From Leptospirales bacterium (lineage in GTDB: Bacteria > Spirochaetota > Leptospiria > Turneriellales > JAOUFE01), in NCBI GenBank assembly GCA_040326155.1, contig JBEQLE010000031.1, positions 1 through 43,844 on the forward strand: 43,844 nt of DNA. Reading direction: 5' to 3'. Shown here piece by piece: positions 8,791-17,866 of this stretch. The notes under the pieces were generated by a model. That model was not told the DNA's origin and ran no database searches. It was given only the letters and a program-made list of their open reading frames with translations. Positions within the stretch are counted from its first letter, which is position 1. Each line of letters begins with the position of its first letter. The translations under genes and the position numbers were made by a program.

Positions 8791-9066
8791 AAAACCGTGA
8801 AACCCCAAAAAAACATCAGCAGAACCAATACCGGGAGGCTCGATGAATTCTGAAAGCCCCGCCATGGAGGGTGGCGCTTTCGGACGTTTTTCTTTTGGTT
8901 ACTTTTCTTTTTGCGGAAAAAGAAAAGTGACACTTCCCCGGCGGTCAGCCGGGCATAGAATATAAATATTGTATAACGAAAGTTTGAAAACGAAGTTTGC
9001 AATATCAGTAAAAAATGCGTAGGGTAAGCCGCAACCGTGTGCGGCGGAGGGGCGCGCTAAGCCCCC
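8791..9066 (-). repeat. Dispersed structured element, copy B (inverted relative to A)
   Basis: Reverse complement aligns with copy A across ~280 bp; begins 1 nt after the stop codon of the hybrid kinase. Confidence 0.9.
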
Positions 9067-9067
9067 A

Positions 9068-11788
9068 TTATTCCTTTTTTTCAACAACAGGCAGCCATTT
9101 TATTAAAGCCTCAAGTAGTTGTTTTTCACTGACTGGTTTGCGTAAATAACCATCGGTGATGCGCCTGATTTTGTCTGCCCTTGCTTTCATGGCCGAGGCG
9201 GTTACCGCCACAATGGGAATCGATTTTAATTGATCATCTTTTTTGATGATGCGGATAGCATCGTAGCCATTCATAATCGGCATTTCAATGTCCATTAGAA
9301 TCAGGTCGGGCGGGTTTTTGCGACACAAATCGATGGCTTTTTTCCCGTTATCTGCTTCTATTAGTTTCAGGCCTCTCTCATATAGGTATTCTTTTAATAG
9401 TTCTCTGTTATTTTTAACGTCATCGACTATTAAGATGTTGGCGGGTTTAAATATGGTTGTTTTAATGTTCTTTATTATCTTTTTTTCCGGGTCAAAACTA
9501 TTTATTATTTTCACATCTTTAATAGTTACAGTAAAATTGCTGCCCCGGTTTACTTTACTGCTTAACTTTATATTTCCGTTCATTAGTTGAGCCAGACGTT
9601 TACTGATGGCAAGCCCCAGCCCCGTGCCTCCGTATTTGGCGTGGCTTTGCCCTATTCGTTGTTCAAAAGGTTTGAAGATGGAATTCTTTAGGTTTTGCGG
9701 TATGCCAATACCGGTATCTTCTACACTAAAAACAAGGTTCAGATATTCGGAACTGTTTTTTTTAAAAGATGCTTTTGCTGAAATTGTGACACTGCCTTTG
9801 TCAGTAAATTTAATTGCGTTGCTGACGAGGTTGAGTAAAACTTGACGAAGGCGGATTTCGTCGAGCAATAACAACTGGGGCAGTTTCGGGTCGATTACAA
9901 TCTGTAATTTAAGTTTTTTTTCATTGGCTGATTGTGCAAATGTCTCTTTTATCTCTTTAATAATAACAGAAGGTTGCGTTGCGGTGTAATGAAGTTCTAT
10001 TTTTCCAGCTTCAACTTTCGATAAATCTAAAATATCATTAATTAAAGCAAGAAGTGTTTTACCACTTGATGCTATGGTGTTTAGATATCGCAAATGTTTT
10101 GCATCATTCGTTTTGCCTGAGAGAATATCGGTAAAACCTAGAATTGTATTCATGGGTGTTCGTATTTCATGGCTCATGTTTGTTAGAAATTCAGTTTTTG
10201 ATTGGTTGGCCTTATCTGCTGAGCGCCGTGCGAGTGCCAACTCTTTTACCTGGTGCTCCAGCTGGGTTTGTAATTCTATTTTAGAGCTAATATCATAAAA
10301 CGCGAACAATACGGAAAACTTACCATCGATAGAAATTATACGCAAGGATAAAAGCGACCAGAAAGCGGAGCCATCTTTCCGTTTTCCCCGCATCTCTAAA
10401 TTAGAAATGTATTTATTTTTTTTCAGCAATTCCAGTAACTTTTTTTGATCTTTCGAGTCAAAATAGAGAATATCTGTTTTTTTGTTTATTATATTCTCCT
10501 TTTGGTATCCAAACTGAGTGGCAAACTCTGAATTGCACAGCTGTATTGTTCGTGTTTTAAGGTCGCTTACTGCCATAGGAATAGGTGCGGTCTGGAAAAT
10601 TTTATTGAAATTTTCTTCGCTGTTATTGAGTTCCTGTTTTGTGCTGTTTATGGTTTCAATATATCGATCTCGGTGTTCAATTAACTCTTTCAGAGAGTTA
10701 TAATTGTGCTCTAACACTTCTCTGGAATGTTTTCGATGTTCGTTTGTTTTAACAATGTACCATATCATTGCAGCCAGTAAAATTCCAATGACTAAAATTA
10801 AAATGTAATGGTGACTGAGCAAAAAACCCAGGTTAGCTTCTATGGCGCTGAGTTTTACAATCGATATATATTTCCAGTTTTTAAAATTGTTTTCTAAAGT
10901 TTTTAACGTATCTGTCGTTTCGACATTTGGAGAAATTGTTACAAAGGAAAAAAGACCATTATCAGTTATAAATTGTCCCTCGTTAGCGCTGTTTATTTTT
11001 TCCCATTCTTTCGCATAACGTTTTTCAAAGTTATATTTTTTTCTATCTTTAATTATTGATCCCCACTCTTCTTGCGGGGAAAATCCTTTTAAATAATACC
11101 CTTCATCATTAATAAGTATATTGTTTCCTATATACGCATTTGATATAATACTGGAGAGAAGCTGTTTCCCATTATAATTGAAAACAAGAATACCCAGAAC
11201 ATTACCTTTTTTACCGGTAACAGGGGTGGCAAAACGCAAAACAGGCTTAAATGGAATTTCGATTTTTTCATTCTCCATATTTAAGTCGAGTTCAGAGACA
11301 AAAATTTTACCAGGTTTCATTTTCAGGGCTTTTTGTACATAATAACGATTTGCTTTTTCTTGCAGCTTATTAAGCCGAACAGAGTAGGGTTTATCTTCGT
11401 TATAATTAACTCTAATAACTTCTTTTCCGGTTTTGTCAATGTATCTAATTTGATCAAAATGAGTTTTTATGGCAGAAAATGTGATTAGATCATTAATTAA
11501 ACTTTTGTACGCCAGTTGATTGTAATCAAGGTCAGCTTTCAGTTCGTGGTGTTTGGAAAGAAAAAGCAGATCAGATTTAATTACATTGAGTGTTGTGTCG
11601 ATTCTGTTTTTTTCGGAATGCTTGAACTGGGAGATCTTGTTTTTTACAAATTTATATTCTTTTGTTTTTAATTGATTATAGGTCGTTGTAATTATAATTA
11701 CTACCAGAATTAATATGGGAAAGTATATTTTTGAAAAATTTATAAAAGTGTTTTGAGTTTGCTCATTAGAATGTAAGTATTTTTCCAT
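9068..11788 (-). CDS. Hybrid sensor histidine kinase (Cache-PAS-HisKA-HATPase-REC)
   Basis: FDQIRYID Cache motif, PAS domain, FLTNMSHEIRTPMN H-box, NLVSNAIKFT, GGTGLGL, C-terminal ILMDIEMP receiver. Confidence 0.95.
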   Translation of the reverse strand: MEKYLHSNEQTQNTFINFSKIYFPILILVVIIITTTYNQLKTKEYKFVKNKISQFKHSEKNRIDTTLNVIKSDLLFLSKHHELKADLDYNQLAYKSLINDLITFSAIKTHFDQIRYIDKTGKEVIRVNYNEDKPYSVRLNKLQEKANRYYVQKALKMKPGKIFVSELDLNMENEKIEIPFKPVLRFATPVTGKKGNVLGILVFNYNGKQLLSSIISNAYIGNNILINDEGYYLKGFSPQEEWGSIIKDRKKYNFEKRYAKEWEKINSANEGQFITDNGLFSFVTISPNVETTDTLKTLENNFKNWKYISIVKLSAIEANLGFLLSHHYILILVIGILLAAMIWYIVKTNEHRKHSREVLEHNYNSLKELIEHRDRYIETINSTKQELNNSEENFNKIFQTAPIPMAVSDLKTRTIQLCNSEFATQFGYQKENIINKKTDILYFDSKDQKKLLELLKKNKYISNLEMRGKRKDGSAFWSLLSLRIISIDGKFSVLFAFYDISSKIELQTQLEHQVKELALARRSADKANQSKTEFLTNMSHEIRTPMNTILGFTDILSGKTNDAKHLRYLNTIASSGKTLLALINDILDLSKVEAGKIELHYTATQPSVIIKEIKETFAQSANEKKLKLQIVIDPKLPQLLLLDEIRLRQVLLNLVSNAIKFTDKGSVTISAKASFKKNSSEYLNLVFSVEDTGIGIPQNLKNSIFKPFEQRIGQSHAKYGGTGLGLAISKRLAQLMNGNIKLSSKVNRGSNFTVTIKDVKIINSFDPEKKIIKNIKTTIFKPANILIVDDVKNNRELLKEYLYERGLKLIEADNGKKAIDLCRKNPPDLILMDIEMPIMNGYDAIRIIKKDDQLKSIPIVAVTASAMKARADKIRRITDGYLRKPVSEKQLLEALIKWLPVVEKKE

Positions 11789-11817
11789 GCTTCGTTAAAG
11801 AAAATATCGTATGCAAT

Positions 11818-12717
11818 TCATAATTTTATTATGGCGCTGACTTCGTTGCCTTTGCCTTTGTATTTTATACTATCGAAACTGATTGCCGCAGCCATGGATA
11901 TTCCCCTTCCATGATTTTCAAATGCGTGGTGCGCCTGGAAGTCTTTTAGGTTTTCCCAGTCAAATCCATTTCCCTCGTCTGTTATTATAAATTCGATATT
12001 TTTTTTTGATTGTTTAATTTCGATGGAAGCATTTTTTTCTTGAAATTCAGGTAAACTCATTTTCCGGTTTATTTCATCGAGCAATTGCTGATTAGTCTCC
12101 AGGCTGGTCTTTTCCTCATATGTTATAGCGAGATTGCCGTGTTCTACTGCGTTGATCATGAGTTCGTACAGACCGATGGCAGCTAAACCGGGGTTGGGAG
12201 TGACTCTAGCGACCAGTACCGATAAAGTATTTACGTCATCTAATGTTTTAAAGTAGTATTTGCCATGCTCCAGATTGGTAAATATTTCTTCTGTTTTTTC
12301 GGCTTTGCCTCTTAATTCTCGGTGAATAAGGCAATCTTTCAATGCTGCTTTCGTAATTCCTTTCAGTAAATTACGATTAATCGGTTTGATCATATAGTAA
12401 TGCGCTCCGGCTTCATAACCTTCGAGGACTTCATGGTCGGCGTCTTTGCCTGTTTGCATAATTACCGGTATCTCTTTGAGTAGTTCTACTCTTTTAATTT
12501 TTTTAACCACTTCAATGCCGTCTAGCTCAGGCATTACTCTATCTAGAATAACGCAATAAAATTTTTTCGGATGTTTCTGTAGTAAAGCGATTGCGTCTTT
12601 ACCGTTGTTCAGGGATGTAATTTGGTAAGGTTCTTCGCTTAGAAATTCTTCAATGATTTCAATACTATTCGGGTCATCATCTACCACCAGTATATCGTAT
12701 GTTTGTTCTGTTGACAT
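11818..12717 (-). CDS. Response regulator: REC plus RsbW-like HATPase (anti-sigma/Ser kinase) domain
   Basis: Start MSTEQ at 12717. ILVVDDD and ILDRVMP receiver; ELMINAVEHGN, ITDEGNGFDW, HGRGI. Confidence 0.88.
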   Translation of the reverse strand: MSTEQTYDILVVDDDPNSIEIIEEFLSEEPYQITSLNNGKDAIALLQKHPKKFYCVILDRVMPELDGIEVVKKIKRVELLKEIPVIMQTGKDADHEVLEGYEAGAHYYMIKPINRNLLKGITKAALKDCLIHRELRGKAEKTEEIFTNLEHGKYYFKTLDDVNTLSVLVARVTPNPGLAAIGLYELMINAVEHGNLAITYEEKTSLETNQQLLDEINRKMSLPEFQEKNASIEIKQSKKNIEFIITDEGNGFDWENLKDFQAHHAFENHGRGISMAAAISFDSIKYKGKGNEVSAIIKL

Positions 12718-12945
12718 TTTATTCTCTTTTATATCACTTAATGAGGAGTGAACCTGTTTGTAAACACAGTTTTTTATATGGGGTGAATAAATCAAGAATA
12801 TTTTATGTCTGAAATAGTTGGCAAACAAACCGGGCTGCGACCATTCTATTTGTATTAAAATTACTTGCGAATATATCTGCCTATATTAAAATGAAAAGCA
12901 GGGGGTTGTTGGGGTCATTAAGTACAAAAAAAATGAGGAGCTCTT

Positions 12946-13464
12946 ATGGAAGCAGGCAAAAAACAAACAAAAAAGATAAAAAAAAAGAAGACAGAAAATG
13001 ATATAAAAAATATCGATGAAAAAAAATATTTATCGGACAGACTGGAACATCAATTAGACTGGTATAGTAAGAAAGCGAGTTATTACAAGGGTTTTTACCA
13101 TCGGGTTCGGTTCGTTGAAATTTTGTGTGCAAGCACTATTCCTTTTGTTGCAGCGTTGCAATTTACTCATTCACATTGGGTGGCAGGCGGGCTTGGTGTG
13201 GTTATTGCGATTGCCGCTGGTGCAAATTCTTTATACAAGTCACAAGAAAACTGGGTTTTGTATCGCACCACTGCTGAAAATCTGATACGTGAGAAATTTA
13301 TGTATTTAACAAAAACGGGACCTTATTCCAAATTGGATCGTTTTCATGCTTTAGTTCATCGAATTGAGGCGTTGATATCAACAGAAAATTCAAGCTGGGG
13401 AAGTCACAATATACAGAAGGATGAAACCTCTGAAGAAATGGGAGATGGAGAGGCTCTGTCGTAG
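12946..13464 (+). CDS. DUF4231 / SLATT-type two-TM protein
   Basis: RLEHQLDWYSKKA, two TM helices, ENWVLYRTTAENLIREK..Y...TGPY; GAGGAG SD. Confidence 0.85.
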   Translation: MEAGKKQTKKIKKKKTENDIKNIDEKKYLSDRLEHQLDWYSKKASYYKGFYHRVRFVEILCASTIPFVAALQFTHSHWVAGGLGVVIAIAAGANSLYKSQENWVLYRTTAENLIREKFMYLTKTGPYSKLDRFHALVHRIEALISTENSSWGSHNIQKDETSEEMGDGEALS

Positions 13465-13572
13465 GCTGAAATGTTTTACCGCGTTGCCGTTTCGGTCGCA
13501 TTCCGCACTATGAACTTGGGGAGTGGTGTCCCTTAACATCACGAAAAAACCGGGGAGTTTATCGGCCTGATT

Positions 13573-14586
13573 TTATAATTTCAAGAAGGCATTTTCAAGA
13601 CGAGACCACGAGACATCGTCAGGGGGCAGACCGATACGAATGGATTTGGGTTTATCAAAATAGCGAACGAGAATTGAATTTTGGGCAAGAGTTTCGTAAA
13701 TATTTCGGGCATTGGAATTTATGGACCATTGAAAAAGGATGGCGTCGCCAGTCGGGGTAAGATCGAATTTCGTTAAAAGCTGTTTTAAACGAAGACCATC
13801 TTTTTGTAAACGCAGCCTGGTTTTTTTATGCCATGCATAATCGTGTAAAGCCAATTGTGCAATATAGCGGGCAGGGCCGTTCACATTCCAGGGGCCCAGC
13901 TCATCTGAAATCTGATGTAGAAGATCGGGAGAGGCGCTGGCAAAACCAACCCTGACTCCCGCCAGACCAAAAAATTTTCCCAGCGAGCGAAGGACAATTA
14001 AACTATCCGGAATACTTACGGAATTATTTACGTAATGAAATATACTTTGTTCGGGAGTTGAGTCCATGAAGGCTTCGTCAACCACCAGCCAGGCCCCTCT
14101 TTTCGCTAGCACGTTACGCCAGGCTAATAACTTTTCTGGCGAAGTCATTTCTCCGGTTGGATTATTTGGATTAATAATAACGACGACGTCTACACTTGTA
14201 TCGTGAACCAGTTTTTCCAACTCTTTCGAAGAAGCGAAAATAACCGTATGACCATTTTTCTGCCACGCGTGCGAGTGTTCCGCGTAGCCTGGCGATAAAA
14301 CCGCAACTTTACCCGGCTTTCGTAGACGCGGCATGGCTTGTATAATGGCTTGAGAACCGGCAGCCGGTAAAATGTTTGCACAGTTGTAATATTCTAAAGC
14401 GGATGTTTCTAAACCGTCATCAGGTTCGGGCAGGCGTCTCCATATTTCGGGGGGAATAGATGAGGGGGCAGTCCAACCCATTGGGTTTATTCCTGTCGAT
14501 AAATCGAGCCAGTGTTCGGGGTCTATATTATAACGGCGCGCCGCTTCTTGAATGCCTCCCCCATGTTCAAGCAAGAGAGACCTCAC
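13573..14586 (-). CDS. cobD: Threonine-phosphate decarboxylase (true start possibly TTG at 14574)
   Basis: EHGG...WLDLSTGINP, NPNNPTG, VDEAF, LRSLGKFFGLAGVRVG (PLP lysine). Confidence 0.93.
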   Translation of the reverse strand: MRSLLLEHGGGIQEAARRYNIDPEHWLDLSTGINPMGWTAPSSIPPEIWRRLPEPDDGLETSALEYYNCANILPAAGSQAIIQAMPRLRKPGKVAVLSPGYAEHSHAWQKNGHTVIFASSKELEKLVHDTSVDVVVIINPNNPTGEMTSPEKLLAWRNVLAKRGAWLVVDEAFMDSTPEQSIFHYVNNSVSIPDSLIVLRSLGKFFGLAGVRVGFASASPDLLHQISDELGPWNVNGPARYIAQLALHDYAWHKKTRLRLQKDGLRLKQLLTKFDLTPTGDAILFQWSINSNARNIYETLAQNSILVRYFDKPKSIRIGLPPDDVSWSRLENAFLKL

Positions 14587-15535
14587 GTAAAAACAGCATG
14601 CAGGGGATAATAAAAATAAACCAAACGAGAAGAGCTCGGCGAAGTAACGATATAGAACGGTCGATATCGGACGCGACTGGTTCTGGACCGTTGCCTAAAG
14701 TTTGACGCTTTTCAATGCGTGAGCTGTAAATTGCCGAACCTCCTAGAGATAACTTTAGACTACCGGCGCCCGAAGCCATTACCGGTCCCGCGTTGGGACT
14801 TTTCCAGGTCCCCCCTTGTTGTTTCCAGGCTCGTAAAGCGTTTCGAAAAGAACCCGCAATCGCGTATGAAAAAGCTGTTAAACGGGCGGGGATAAAATTC
14901 ATGACATCGTCAGTTCGCGCGGCAGCCCAACCAAATTTCAGGTAGCGTTCGTTGCGATAACCCCACATGGCATCGAGTGTGTTTACGAGACGAAAACATA
15001 AAACCCCCGGCGCCCCGGCGACTAGAAACCAGAACAAAGCTCCGAAAATGGCGTCGTTACCATTTTCTAAAACAGATTCAATTGTCGCTTTCGAAATGCC
15101 GGTTTCATCGAGATTTTTTGTGTCGCGGCTAACGATCATTCCCGTTCGACGTCTCGCCTCAGGAAGTTTTTTTTGAATTAAAGCTTCGTGAATGGACCGC
15201 GCATGTTTTTGTAGGCTATTACCACCTAAGGCAAAATAGAGTATAATTACGGATGTGGCAAAAGGAAATAGATAATACAGATAGACGCTGACACCAACAA
15301 ATGGAGTTATTAAAATGAACAGAGCGATAACGCCCATCACACGAGCACCGTAGAAATGTTTTTCAATACTATTGGCAAGTTTACCGAAACCTGCCAACGG
15401 GTGAAACCGTGCTGGCTCTCCTAAAAGACAATCGAGCAAAAATGCAAACAAAACAGCCAGATATAACACTAACCCCTGAAAGAAGGGAACTCCTGTGAAT
15501 TCTTGTACGTTGCCCAACCAGTTTTCCATATTCAA
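14567..15535 (-). CDS. cbiB: Adenosylcobinamide-phosphate synthase
   Basis: GEP..FHP, IVSRDT, ESVLEN.ND, NTLDAMWGY, SPNAGP. Confidence 0.95.
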   Translation of the reverse strand: MNMENWLGNVQEFTGVPFFQGLVLYLAVLFAFLLDCLLGEPARFHPLAGFGKLANSIEKHFYGARVMGVIALFILITPFVGVSVYLYYLFPFATSVIILYFALGGNSLQKHARSIHEALIQKKLPEARRRTGMIVSRDTKNLDETGISKATIESVLENGNDAIFGALFWFLVAGAPGVLCFRLVNTLDAMWGYRNERYLKFGWAAARTDDVMNFIPARLTAFSYAIAGSFRNALRAWKQQGGTWKSPNAGPVMASGAGSLKLSLGGSAIYSSRIEKRQTLGNGPEPVASDIDRSISLLRRALLVWFIFIIPCMLFLREVSLA

Positions 15536-16191
15536 AGTTCACGGTTTTTTTTATTCCACTCATCGTAATGTACAAGTGAGTCAAGTTCAAGTCTGGGCAG
15601 CCATCCCGCTTTTTCCAATTGTGGTTTTTCATGAAAAAAGGAGACATACCCCACGCATAAATAGGCAATCGGTACTATATGTTCCGGAATACCCAGAATT
15701 TCCTGTAAAACTTCGTTATGTATAATACTTACCCAGCCGGCACCCAGATTTTCAGCTCGTGCGGCGAGCCATAAATTTTCTACCGCGCAAACCGCGCTGT
15801 AAAGATCCATTTCTGGCAGAGCCGTTCGACCCAGCACAACTGGACCGTTTCGAGTTCTATCGCAGGTAACACAAATTCCTAAAGGAGCTTCCATTATACC
15901 CTCTAACTTTAGAGATTTATATTTCTCTTTTTTTTCGCCTGTAAACATGGCAGCGGCTTCTTCGTGGGCTATTTTAAAACCCTGTTTAATTTTTATTTTA
16001 ACTTCGGGGTCTTGCACAACAATGAAATCCCAGGGTTGCATAAAACCCACACTTGGGGCATGGTGAGCTGCGTTTAAAATTCGTTTTAAAACATCATCTG
16101 GAATCGGGTCTTTTGTAAATTCGCTTCGTACATCGCGTCTGTTGAAAATAGCTTTATAAACAGCTTCACGTTCCAAATCTGAAAATATCAT
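15532..16191 (-). CDS. bluB: 5,6-dimethylbenzimidazole synthase
   Basis: RRDVRSEF, AHHAPSVGFMQPWDF, LKLEGI, MDLYSAVCAVENLWLAARAE. Confidence 0.95.
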   Translation of the reverse strand: MIFSDLEREAVYKAIFNRRDVRSEFTKDPIPDDVLKRILNAAHHAPSVGFMQPWDFIVVQDPEVKIKIKQGFKIAHEEAAAMFTGEKKEKYKSLKLEGIMEAPLGICVTCDRTRNGPVVLGRTALPEMDLYSAVCAVENLWLAARAENLGAGWVSIIHNEVLQEILGIPEHIVPIAYLCVGYVSFFHEKPQLEKAGWLPRLELDSLVHYDEWNKKNREL

Positions 16192-17480
16192 ACTTGCACT
16201 GGTTTTTCGGCGTCCGATTCCTTTTCAGGCTCAGGTTCAACTAATGGAATCGATATTTCCATGCTGATTTTGTATTGTGTATTTTTCTCATCTAAATGTG
16301 ACTTGTCTGCCACCCTGGCGACAGTAATCGTACTTTTGTTTTTTCGAACTATTTTTTCGACCTGCGTAAGGCCCAACCCGAAATCGATGGTGTCGTATTC
16401 TTCATATACAAAATTCGACAATCTGTAAAATGGTTCAAAAATTAATCTTTCGTAGTCTTTTGTTTCTAAAGTCGGACTCAGTAAAGAAGGATCAGGTTGG
16501 TTCATTACAGATATATGAAATCTAGAACTTGACGCGCTGGTGAACATATAAATTTCGCTATTCGGGGGAGAAAATTTCAGGGCGTTCATCAGTAGTTCTC
16601 GTATTGCAATTTTCATATTCGGGATGTCGATTTTAAGAACACTTTTTACCATAGAGTAATCAGCATCATTGAATAAAACCCTATGCGATTTAATCTTTAT
16701 GTATTTACCCAACTCACTTACGATTGTTTGCAGCTCTTTATAAAAATCGTCTACACTCACTTCTTCTAAATCAAGCTCTTTTTCAAGCAGGGAATAAATA
16801 TCTGAAATGGTCTGCAATGATTTCTGGGCAATGGCGGCATTTTTAAAAAGCAGGTCCATGTACTTTGCCCCAACCGTAAATGTATCGCCTTCCACTTTCC
16901 CGGTTTGCTGTATCATCGAAACCAGAGTGATGAGCGAGCCGAGTCCGGCGCCCTGGTTAAAACTGCTTTTGAGGCTGGTAAACAGGGTTTTGTCAAATTT
17001 ATCGTAACTACGCGCCACAACCCTCTCTTTTAAAATATTCCAGTCCAGGTTATGGTCGAGTCGGTCCTGGCGTTCGGACTCCATTTGATGCTGGGCTTTT
17101 CTTAACTTTGATATTTCAATTGCTTTATGTACTTTAAATAAAAACTCTTCGCTTTGAATCGGTTTAAAGAAATAATCAGTAACTCCGTGTTTCATCATCT
17201 CGACAATAGTCGTTTTATCGGTCTCTACCGTTTCAACCATCATTACCGGAGGACTCTCCATTTTATTGAGTTGTTCGAACAGAGCTATGCCGCCCATAAC
17301 AGGCATATTCAGATCGGAAATTACAACATCGTAAGGGTGTTCTTTATATTTTGCCAGTGCTAGCTCTCCGTCCTCGGCAATTTCCACATCGAATCCGTCT
17401 TGAGTCAACAGGGCGCTCAGATAGGTCGCATTAACAGGGTCATCTTCAGCAATCAGTATAGTAGGGTTTTTTGATTTCAC
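16188..17480 (-). CDS. REC plus atypical HATPase signalling protein
   Basis: ILIAEDD and ISDLNMP receiver; SFNQGAG segment; ELLMNALKFS, IFEPFYR, DFGLGL. Confidence 0.85.
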   Translation of the reverse strand: MKSKNPTILIAEDDPVNATYLSALLTQDGFDVEIAEDGELALAKYKEHPYDVVISDLNMPVMGGIALFEQLNKMESPPVMMVETVETDKTTIVEMMKHGVTDYFFKPIQSEEFLFKVHKAIEISKLRKAQHQMESERQDRLDHNLDWNILKERVVARSYDKFDKTLFTSLKSSFNQGAGLGSLITLVSMIQQTGKVEGDTFTVGAKYMDLLFKNAAIAQKSLQTISDIYSLLEKELDLEEVSVDDFYKELQTIVSELGKYIKIKSHRVLFNDADYSMVKSVLKIDIPNMKIAIRELLMNALKFSPPNSEIYMFTSASSSRFHISVMNQPDPSLLSPTLETKDYERLIFEPFYRLSNFVYEEYDTIDFGLGLTQVEKIVRKNKSTITVARVADKSHLDEKNTQYKISMEISIPLVEPEPEKESDAEKPVQV

Positions 17481-17866
17481 AAATACGTTATCAAAACTCG
17501 GCTACAGATTTACAAGAATAATATTGGTATAATATTAAATAAGAATTCGCCGGGAACGGCGGGCTTCGGTCCCCCCGCGTTGATGATAGCAGGAAATTTT
17601 CCCCGCGAAGGTTGCCGAATAAGTATTGGGTATTCGCTGTTTTGTTCGTTCGTTCCAAGGTTAAACTCTGGGCCCTCCCTCCGGTCGGTCTCGGCGATTC
17701 AAAACCGGGTCGAAATTTATTGGGGTTCCTGCGCCAGGGGGTGAATGTGGTCTTTATTTTTAGAGTACAAAAAAGCCAAAGGATTTATTTACGCAAATAA
17801 AGGTGGTAAAAACCACAAAAACTGTGTAATCTGAAAAAATTTCCAATTTTTGCCTATTACACTTAT

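Noticed and set aside
7750..9066. Possible CRISPR array or integron attC cassettes
   Set aside because: No regularly spaced direct repeats with unique spacers, no cas or intI gene, and no clear RYYYAAC/GTTRRRY boxes.
8715..9087. ORFs 8715..9002(-) and 8899..9087(-), also 8360..8551(+)
   Set aside because: They are translations of the repeat element (FFFRKKKSNQKK) or low-complexity flanks.
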